This document shows positions 57,476 to 64,000 of a stretch of 64,000 nt of DNA, piece by piece. Each line of letters starts with the position of its first letter. Position 1 is the stretch's first letter. The stretch is from an uncultured Gammaproteobacteria bacterium. GTDB lineage: Bacteria > Patescibacteriota > Patescibacteriia > S139-126. A program made the position numbers and the translations under genes. The notes under the pieces were generated by a model. The model saw only the letters and a program-made list of their open reading frames with translations. It did not search any database and was not told where the DNA came from. The DNA lies in contig CAZUKA010000002.1 of assembly GCA_964620905.1 (NCBI GenBank), forward strand, positions 25,496 through 89,495, given 5' to 3'.

Positions 57476-57550
57476 TGGGGTGGCTAGAGGGAGTCGAACC
57501 CTCGCCAGCGGGACCACAACCCGCTGTTCTACCGTTAAACTATAGCCACC
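57476..57550 (-). tRNA. tRNA-His (anticodon GTG), encoded CCA, G-1:C73
   Basis: Reverse complement folds as G(-1)GTGGCTA acceptor, anticodon stem GCGGG/CCCGC with loop TTGTGGT, T-arm GGGTTCGACTCCC, 3' TAGCCAC-C-CCA. Confidence 0.85.
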
Positions 57551-57585
57551 ATGATAGGTTAGTATAAAGTAAAAAGTCGCAAGTA

Positions 57586-57885
57586 TCAAGCAGAGGGAGA
57601 ATTTTTTTGTTTTGATTTTTTATTTGTTAGTTTACCAATTAGCAGAATTAGTAAATATATAGTTGTTGTCCCTATTAAGCCTGCTAGTGAAGCTGATAGA
57701 TATTTATTGTTTATTCCCATGATTTGGTAATCAGGCATCAAGGAAACATAGTTTGTTTGTGGCCATGACAGACCAATAAATTCAGCACTTACTTCCAAAC
57801 CATCAGGATTGCCGGAAGCAAAAAGTGATAAACCACCAGCTATCAGTAGAGCAACTACAAAAAGAATTGTCCATTTATTTTTCAT
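57586..57885 (-). CDS. PDGLE-domain membrane protein (CbiN-like partner of CbiM)
   Basis: GNPDGLE motif, N- and C-terminal TM helices, overlaps the cbiM-like gene by 11 nt. Confidence 0.65.
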   Translation of the reverse strand: MKNKWTILFVVALLIAGGLSLFASGNPDGLEVSAEFIGLSWPQTNYVSLMPDYQIMGINNKYLSASLAGLIGTTTIYLLILLIGKLTNKKSKQKNSPSA

Positions 57886-58585
57886 TGTTTTTGATCCACA
57901 AGTTATATTTGTATTTTGCTAGTAAGAATATAATTAGCAGTGTAATTAAACCTTCACTCAAACCAATTAGTGTGTGATATTTCAACATAACCGGCACAAC
58001 TAGACCAAATTTTGTAGTTCCCGAAATTACCATGACCAAAGAAGTGCCCAGAGCTGCCAGTAAAACTGATGTTAAGGAGCTGATAAAAATTTTTCCATAA
58101 AAGAATTTTTTATTTTTTAAAATTAAATTTATACCATAAGTGGTCAAAACTGTAAGGAGACTCATATTGAAAATATTTGCTCCCAAGGCGAGCAATCCAC
58201 CGTCAGCAAAAAATATTGCTTGGATCGCGATTACTAAAGACATCGCAATAATGGCCAGCCAAGGACCTAAAATAAAAAAAGCCAGTGCTCCACCCACAAA
58301 ATGTCCGCTAGTCCCGTCAGCAATGGGAAAGTTTACCATTTGTAAGGCAAAAATTAGAGCTGCTACCGAGGCAGCGGAATAAATTTTTTCTTTGCCAGTA
58401 TCTGTGAGTTGTACTGTTTCTTGACTAGAAGTTTGTGGCTCAGTGGCAAGTTGACCAGAAAAAATTTTTACTTTTTTTAGTATCCCAGTTTTTACTTTAG
58501 CTAAAGCTAGTGAAAATGCACCAATCGCTGCACCAAACAGTGCCGAAGCTGTACCTGGGTTTAAAAAATCATTGGGAAGATGCAT
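57875..58585 (-). CDS. cbiM: CbiM/NikM-family ECF-type metal (Co/Ni) transporter substrate-capture component
   Basis: N-terminal MHLPNDFL (CbiM MHIPDG-type motif) and 6-7 TM helices. Confidence 0.7.
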   Translation of the reverse strand: MHLPNDFLNPGTASALFGAAIGAFSLALAKVKTGILKKVKIFSGQLATEPQTSSQETVQLTDTGKEKIYSAASVAALIFALQMVNFPIADGTSGHFVGGALAFFILGPWLAIIAMSLVIAIQAIFFADGGLLALGANIFNMSLLTVLTTYGINLILKNKKFFYGKIFISSLTSVLLAALGTSLVMVISGTTKFGLVVPVMLKYHTLIGLSEGLITLLIIFLLAKYKYNLWIKNNEK

Positions 58586-58725
58586 TAATTTAAATTATTA
58601 ATTACTAAATTTAAATTACTAATCAATTACAAATTATAAATTTTTAAATTTTATTTTTAGATAAAAATTAGTTATTAGTACTTTAATTTTATAATTTCAC
58701 TTCTTAATTCGTAATTCTAATTATC

Positions 58726-58800
58726 TGGTGCCCCGACCAGGACTCGAACCTGGATCTAGAGCTTAGAAGGCTCCTATTCTATCCCTTGAACTATCGGGGC
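58726..58800 (-). tRNA. tRNA-Arg (anticodon TCT), encoded CCA
   Basis: Reverse complement: GCCCCGA acceptor, anticodon arm GGAGC-CTTCTAA-GCTCT, T-arm CCAGGTTCGAGTCCTGG, 3' TCGGGGC-A-CCA. Confidence 0.85.
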
Positions 58801-58850
58801 TAAACTTTATAAAAATATCTAATAATTGAAGAAAGGTCAATAATGAATCA

Positions 58851-58880
58851 GAATTAGGAATTAAGAATTAGGAATTAAGG
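58851..58880. repeat. 4 tandem copies of an 8-mer (gaattagg/gaattaag); an inverted partial copy lies at 58703-58722 on the other side of tRNA-Arg
   Basis: gaattaggaattaagaattaggaattaagg vs cttaattcgtaattctaatta. Confidence 0.6.
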
Positions 58881-59852
58881 TTTTTTTCTATGATGGAAAT
58901 TTTTGTGAATTTCTTTGAGTTGGCGATTGGTAATGTGCGTATAAATTTGGGTAGTAGTGATAGAAGCGTGTCCGAGCATAGCCTGCACTGATCTGATATC
59001 AGCCCCGTTTTGCAAAAGATCAGTGGCAAAGGAATGTCGGAGTGTATGAGGGGTGACTTTTTTGGTGATACCAGCAGCTTTACTATAAAATTTAATAAGT
59101 CTTTCCACGCTTCTTGGTGTCAGAGCGTGGACAACTTTATTATCCTTTTTCAATCTTTTATTTTTGGCTCGATCGTGTCCGACAAAAAGCGATGGATCAA
59201 CATCTTGTCTCTTGTCCAGGTAAGTTCGCAGGGAATTTTTGGCATTGTCAGACAAAAAGACCAAACGATTTTTACCGCCTTTACCTGTTACGGTAAATTC
59301 GTCTTTTTTTAAATTGATTTGTTCACGGGTTAGATTGGTGAGTTCAGACACGCGCAGTCCGGTTGAAAAAAGCATTTCCAAAATCGCTTTATCGCGATAA
59401 CGAATGATTTCATTTTGTTCCAATTTTATTGGCGCATTGAGTAGTCTCTCCAAATCATCACCTTCGAGGAAGTCAACTTCTCTTTCTGGTTGTTTTGCCA
59501 GTTCAATCTTTTCTGACGCTAGTGTCTTAATGTCTTGCTTGGCTAGATATTTTAAAAAAGTTCGCAATGCGATAAGATGATAGTTTTGAGTTGATTTTTT
59601 CAACGGTTTTCCTTGTTTGTCGGTTTGACGATTGAGCCAAAGACGAAACTGTTTTATTTTGTGTAAAGTTATATCAGCTGGTTTAAGGTTTTTTTTACCC
59701 AACCAGGAAAAAAATCTCAATAAATAAAAACTATAATTTCTAATTGTGCGTAATGACCGTCCCTTTTCAATTTCCAAATAGTTTAAAAAATCTTTGGCCC
59801 ACCGACCCAAAGAATTAAAACTGTCCAGTTTTTTGATAGCGTTGTCTGACAT
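58875..59852 (-). CDS. tyrosine site-specific recombinase, XerC/XerD-like
   Basis: N-terminal SAM-like core-binding domain; catalytic R...HTLRHSFAT...LGHASITTTQIYTH with Tyr. Confidence 0.8.
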   Translation of the reverse strand: MSDNAIKKLDSFNSLGRWAKDFLNYLEIEKGRSLRTIRNYSFYLLRFFSWLGKKNLKPADITLHKIKQFRLWLNRQTDKQGKPLKKSTQNYHLIALRTFLKYLAKQDIKTLASEKIELAKQPEREVDFLEGDDLERLLNAPIKLEQNEIIRYRDKAILEMLFSTGLRVSELTNLTREQINLKKDEFTVTGKGGKNRLVFLSDNAKNSLRTYLDKRQDVDPSLFVGHDRAKNKRLKKDNKVVHALTPRSVERLIKFYSKAAGITKKVTPHTLRHSFATDLLQNGADIRSVQAMLGHASITTTQIYTHITNRQLKEIHKNFHHRKKP

Positions 59853-60094
59853 AAGGTAAATTTATTTTACGACACCAAAGTAAATAATGCAAATTAATTA
59901 GAATATAAAATATTGAATCTCAAATTTAAAATTTTAAATTTTAAATTTATAATTATCTTTTGACGCTTGTCAAAAAATAATATTTATGTTAGAATAAGCC
60001 TGCTCTATTATTTTAAGGAGCAGATTAATAAGTAATTACGATTTTCTTGGTTTGAGGTTTTTCCTTTTACTATGAAAATCGCGAAAGGATTTAT

Positions 60095-60451
60095 ATGTTG
60101 GATAAGAAAAAAAAGGAGGAGATAATAAAGAAATATCGTACTCACAAAAGTGATACTGGTTCTAGTGAGGTACAGATAGCTATTTTGACAGCCGAAATTG
60201 AAGATCTTACTAAACATTTAAAAAAACACAAGAAAGATCATTCTTCCCGTCGAGGTTTAATCAAAAAAGTCATCCAACGCAAGCGTTTGTTGCGTTATTT
60301 GGAAAAGGAAAATCAGGAAAGTTTCAGCAAGCTGTGCAAGAAATTGGGTATCAAAATGACACCATTAACCACAGCTGAAGAAGAGGAAGACTTTTTGAAA
60401 ACCGTGGAAGAAGAGGAGACAGAAACAGAGCCAGTTAATGAAGAAGAATAA
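60095..60451 (+). CDS. rpsO: 30S ribosomal protein S15 with ~30-aa acidic C-terminal extension
   Basis: KSDTGSSEVQIAILTAEIEDLTKHLKKHKKDHSSRRGLIKKVIQRKRLLRYL. Confidence 0.85.
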   Translation: MLDKKKKEEIIKKYRTHKSDTGSSEVQIAILTAEIEDLTKHLKKHKKDHSSRRGLIKKVIQRKRLLRYLEKENQESFSKLCKKLGIKMTPLTTAEEEEDFLKTVEEEETETEPVNEEE

Positions 60452-60462
60452 ATTTTAGTTTT

Positions 60463-60969
60463 ATGAAAAACACAGAGCAACGAGTGGCGATTTTAGTGGA
60501 TGTGGCCAATATGTATCATTCGGCTAAAAGTTTGTATCACAGCCGGGTGAATTTTCAAGAAATATTGAAAGCCGCTGTGGCTGAGCGTAAATTGGTGCGA
60601 GCGATCGCCTATGTAGTGCAATCATATAGTCCAGAAGAAAAAAATTTTTTTGAAGCTTTGGATAAACAGGGTTTTGCCATCAAGATAAAAGATTTACAGG
60701 TTTTTCCAGGGGGAATGAAAAAAGGTGATTGGGATGTAGGATTGACTATTGATGCGGTAAAATTTGCTTCCCGAGTCGATGTGATAGTTTTGGTAACTGG
60801 TGATGGCGATTATGAACCATTGGTTGAGTATTTACAAAATCAGGGTGTGCAAGTGGAAGTAGTGGCTTTTGGTCAAAGCGCTTCGCAACGATTGATTGAT
60901 CGGGCTGATATTTTTTTGGATATCTCTTCTCAAGTTAAGAAGTATCTGATCTTGAGAAAAGGAAAATAA
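60463..60969 (+). CDS. NYN-domain (LabA-like, PIN-fold) protein
   Basis: VAILVDVANMYHS...VLVTGDGDYEPLVEYLQNQGVQVEVVAF. Confidence 0.75.
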   Translation: MKNTEQRVAILVDVANMYHSAKSLYHSRVNFQEILKAAVAERKLVRAIAYVVQSYSPEEKNFFEALDKQGFAIKIKDLQVFPGGMKKGDWDVGLTIDAVKFASRVDVIVLVTGDGDYEPLVEYLQNQGVQVEVVAFGQSASQRLIDRADIFLDISSQVKKYLILRKGK

Positions 60970-61111
60970 TTTAATAAATTAATATTTGATCGAAAGATAG
61001 TTAGGCAGTCAGAGGTTATTTGAAGCATTTTGAAAATCACCATTTTTCAGAATAGTTCAAATAACTCAAGTAATTTGCCTAATATTTTTGGTCAATAAGA
61101 AAGGCAAAAAT

Positions 61112-63319
61112 ATGCGACAAAATTTTGAGACCGAATGGGCCGGTCGCAATTTGTATGTGGAAGTCGGCAAGTTAGCCGGACAAGCACATGGTGCTTGCAC
61201 AGTACGATATGGTGACACAGTGGTTTTAGCCACTGTGGTGCGCGGTGCCCAACCGCGAGAGGGAGTGGATTATTTCCCCTTGATGGTTGATTACGAAGAG
61301 AAAATGTATGCCGCGGGCAAGATAAAAGGATCACGTTTTATCAAACGTGAAGGCCGTGCGTCTGACGAAGCGGTACTAACTGCGCGTTTGATTGATCGCT
61401 CAATCAGACCTTTATTTAAGGAAACTGAACGTAAAGATGTTCAGGTAGTTTTGACCATATTATCAGTGGACAATGAAAATGATCCTGATGTACCTTCGTT
61501 GTTGGCAGCGGCTATTGCTTTACATATTTCTAGTGTACCTTGGAGCGGCCCGGTTGCTGGATTACGGATTGGACGTATTAACAATGAGTGGGTTCTGAAT
61601 CCAACTTATCAAGCACGGGAAAAATCCGAATTGGATTTGGTTTTAGTTGGTACCAATGAGGAAGTGGTGATGATCGAAGCTGGGGCTAAACAGGTGTCGG
61701 AAGAAGTGATGATTGAAGCACTGGAATTTGGTCATAAACATATAAAAAAGATTTTTCCTTTTTTTGATCAAATTAGAACAGCAGTGGGACGACCAAAAGA
61801 CGAAGAAGCACCAGTGAGCGAAGAAGTACAAAAAGAAAATAAGTTGATTGAGGACAAGGTAAATAAATTTTTACAGGCAGCCGATCTTAATAAGCTTTTT
61901 CCTTATCAATCAAAAATTGAGTATGCACAAAAAGTGCAGAGTTTAGAAGAAAAGTTAAACGAAGTTTTAAAAGCTGACAATGAAGTTTCCAAAGAAATGC
62001 GCAGTCGAGGGTTGGCTAAATTTTTATTGTATTTGGAAGCAGCGGCTAGAGATTTTGTTTTACAAAATAATCAGCGAGTTGACGGACGGGCGCTTGATGA
62101 AGTGAGAAAATTGGACGTGGAAGTTGGTTTGCTACCCCGTACCCATGGTAGCGGTTTGTTTACGCGCGGTGAGACCCAAGTCTTATCAGTCGTGACTTTA
62201 GGCGCACCGGGTGATGAGCAACTACTTGATACTATGGAGATGGAGGGTAAAAAACGCTATATGCATCATTATAATTTTCCACCTTTTAGTGTTGGTGAAA
62301 TATCCCCAATGCGTGGTCCCGGACGACGAGAGATTGGTCATGGGGCTTTAGCGGAAAAGGCACTGGAACCAGTTATTCCCAATAAAGAAGTTTTTCCTTA
62401 TACTATCAGGGTTGTTTCTGAGGTTTTATCTTCCAATGGCTCTTCTTCCCAGGCTTCAGTTTGTGGTTCAACTTTGGCTTTGATGGATGCGGGTGTACCA
62501 ATTATTGCGCCAGTTGCGGGTATTGCCATTGGGATGATGTCAAATCCAAAGGACAAAAATGATTATCGGATTTTGACTGATATACAAGGGGTAGAAGACC
62601 ATGCTGGTGATATGGATTTTAAAGTATCGGGTACCACTCAGGGCATAACTGCCATTCAACTAGATATTAAATTAGGTGGTATTAGTTATCAGGTCTGTCG
62701 CGAAGCAATTAGCCAAGCAAGATCAGCTCGTTTGCAGATACTTTCAAAAATGGCAGAAGTCATCCCAGTTCACCGTAGTGAATTATCACCTTATGCACCG
62801 CGGATAGTTACAATTAAAATTAGCCCTGACAAGATAAGAGAAGTGATCGGCACCGGTGGCAAAGTTATCAATGAAATTATTGATCAGACCGGTACCACGA
62901 TTGATATTGAACAGGATGGCACAGTGCTGGTGACTGGCAATGATCCAGTCCAAGTAAAAAAAGCAGTGGAATGGATACAAAATATTGTGCGTGAAGTAGA
63001 AGTGGGTGAAATTTTTGAAGGAACAGTTACTAGACTTATGGATTTTGGCGCTTTTGTTCAAATTTTACCTGGTAAAGAGGGAATGGTGCACATTAGTGAG
63101 TTAGAATGGCATCGGGTCAATACGGTTGAAGATGTTCTCCAGGTTGGAGATCAGGTCAAGGTAAAAGTAATTGAAATAGATGACCTAGGTAGAATAAATC
63201 TGTCGCGCAAGGTGTTGTTACCAAAACCGGAAGGATTTGTTGAATTGCCGCCGCGTACTTCTAGACCAGCTCGTCCACCCCAAAGATCAAACCGACATAA
63301 TAATAATTATCGTCGTTAA
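61112..63319 (+). CDS. pnp: polynucleotide phosphorylase (polyribonucleotide nucleotidyltransferase)
   Basis: Two RNase PH domains, KH and S1 domains (GEIFEGTVTRLMDFGAFVQILPGKEGMVHISEL). Start placed at MRQNFETEW. Confidence 0.9.
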   Translation: MRQNFETEWAGRNLYVEVGKLAGQAHGACTVRYGDTVVLATVVRGAQPREGVDYFPLMVDYEEKMYAAGKIKGSRFIKREGRASDEAVLTARLIDRSIRPLFKETERKDVQVVLTILSVDNENDPDVPSLLAAAIALHISSVPWSGPVAGLRIGRINNEWVLNPTYQAREKSELDLVLVGTNEEVVMIEAGAKQVSEEVMIEALEFGHKHIKKIFPFFDQIRTAVGRPKDEEAPVSEEVQKENKLIEDKVNKFLQAADLNKLFPYQSKIEYAQKVQSLEEKLNEVLKADNEVSKEMRSRGLAKFLLYLEAAARDFVLQNNQRVDGRALDEVRKLDVEVGLLPRTHGSGLFTRGETQVLSVVTLGAPGDEQLLDTMEMEGKKRYMHHYNFPPFSVGEISPMRGPGRREIGHGALAEKALEPVIPNKEVFPYTIRVVSEVLSSNGSSSQASVCGSTLALMDAGVPIIAPVAGIAIGMMSNPKDKNDYRILTDIQGVEDHAGDMDFKVSGTTQGITAIQLDIKLGGISYQVCREAISQARSARLQILSKMAEVIPVHRSELSPYAPRIVTIKISPDKIREVIGTGGKVINEIIDQTGTTIDIEQDGTVLVTGNDPVQVKKAVEWIQNIVREVEVGEIFEGTVTRLMDFGAFVQILPGKEGMVHISELEWHRVNTVEDVLQVGDQVKVKVIEIDDLGRINLSRKVLLPKPEGFVELPPRTSRPARPPQRSNRHNNNYRR

Positions 63320-63325
63320 CACTAC

Positions 63326-63359
63326 AAAAACTGCCCAGAGAAAAAGATGGGCAGTTTTT
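63326..63359 (+). terminator. rho-independent terminator after pnp
   Basis: ctgcccagagaaaaagatgggcag + T5. Confidence 0.7.
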
Positions 63360-63373
63360 GCTATAATACATAT

Positions 63374-64000
63374 ATGTTGAGTAGTGAAAAAAACAAAAAT
63401 TGGCAGAGATGGTTGTTGGCAATTTTGGTTGGTTTACTGGTGGTGTTTGGTTTAGTAACTATTGTATTTGAGGAGTGGACAATCAATCTTGATAATATCG
63501 TCAATATCTTGCCTGCTGAACCGGTGGTATTTTACATGCATTTTGATCAACGAATAGATGAAGAAAAAAATTGGTCGTCAGCGCCAGCAGTTTTAAAAGA
63601 TTATTTTAGCCAACAGTTGTCAGCCGATCTTATGCCGATTGAACTGGTAAATAAAATAGCCACTCCAGAATATGCTCTGGCGGTTTTTGCGGAAAATGAT
63701 CAGTTACTTTCAGCCTGGATTATGTTTTGGCCAAAAACAGATATTCCAGCCAGTTTGTTTGATTACCAGTTTGCTACTAGTGGTCCGTGGTTAATAGTCA
63801 GTCCAGCTGCCAGTAAAATTAAGCAAAATTATTTTCAAACCAACTGGCCGGATAATAAATTATCCACAAAAGTATGGCCAAAATTTACACGTCCCACCAC
63901 CCCGATTTATTTATATGCTGATACTGATCGTTTGCCAAGAATTAACCAAACGTTCAATTTAACAGGTGCTTGGCGTTTGGAAGTATTTCCTGGCCAGATG
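63374..64000 (+). CDS. hypothetical membrane-anchored protein, 3'-truncated by window end
   Basis: ATG at 63374, N-terminal TM (WQRWLLAILVGLLVVFGLVTIVF), frame open to the window end. Confidence 0.45.
   Translation, partial: MLSSEKNKNWQRWLLAILVGLLVVFGLVTIVFEEWTINLDNIVNILPAEPVVFYMHFDQRIDEEKNWSSAPAVLKDYFSQQLSADLMPIELVNKIATPEYALAVFAENDQLLSAWIMFWPKTDIPASLFDYQFATSGPWLIVSPAASKIKQNYFQTNWPDNKLSTKVWPKFTRPTTPIYLYADTDRLPRINQTFNLTGAWRLEVFPGQM

Noticed and set aside
48150-57480. CRISPR array as explanation for the regularly recurring hairpin repeats
   Set aside because: Repeat units are ~150 bp composite modules, irregularly spaced 0.2-3 kb apart. The intervening sequences are protein-coding genes with promoters, not 30-40 bp spacers. 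No cas genes are present.
58875-59852. Tyrosine recombinase as the integrase of the tRNA-His cassette array or of a tRNA-Arg island
   Set aside because: It sits on the 5' side of tRNA-Arg, not beside a tRNA 3' end, and is separated from the array by the cbiM operon. It has the XerC/XerD domain architecture, so it is more likely the chromosomal dimer-resolution recombinase. This was left as an open point rather than asserted.

Overview
Low-GC (~35 %) bacterial chromosomal segment. Gene style suggests a Patescibacteria/CPR-like organism (inference only): small proteins, an Elp3 homologue, pilin-like and secreted Cys-rich proteins, and extended ribosomal proteins. The backbone is housekeeping: murI, ftsK, a RodZ-like gene, recA, efp, rpsF-ssb-rpsR, ddl, glyA, ychF, plsY, rpsO, pnp, a xer-like recombinase and cbiM, plus tRNA-His and tRNA-Arg. 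Three accessory features stand out. (1) A complete diversity-generating retroelement (DGR) lies at ~10.8-13.4 kb. It has a strong promoter, a 237-aa target gene with a C-terminal variable repeat (VR), and a 118-bp template repeat (TR) differing from the VR at 15 positions, every one at a TR adenine. It also has a minus-strand Avd-like four-helix-bundle gene and a DGR-type reverse transcriptase. The only plausible ATG for the reverse transcriptase is put out of frame by a G10 homopolymer, a candidate phase-variation or frameshift switch. (2) A ~9.4-kb accessory array runs from 48.1 to 57.5 kb. It is punctuated by ~11 copies of a near-identical module (rho-independent terminator, ~100-bp G-rich conserved block, extended -10 promoter) and ends on the 3' end of tRNA-His. 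Module-to-tRNA homology stops 9 nt inside the tRNA. The array carries small membrane or secreted genes, a giant AsnB-fusion gene, an HExxH gene, a zinc-ribbon gene and a pseudopilin-like gene. (3) Smaller items are listed as findings: a family of paralogous Cys-rich secreted proteins (44.5-46.9 kb); three giant surface proteins sharing a thrombospondin-3-like Ca-binding motif; an sdpR/sdpI-like pair with a perfect 34-bp palindromic operator; a structured non-coding region upstream of plsY; and tRNA-Arg bracketed by inverted 8-mer tandem repeats. No CRISPR array and no rRNA were seen. Coordinates taken from my own base counting may be off by 1-2 nt. ORF-track coordinates were used wherever possible, and the track calls TTG/GTG starts as M.
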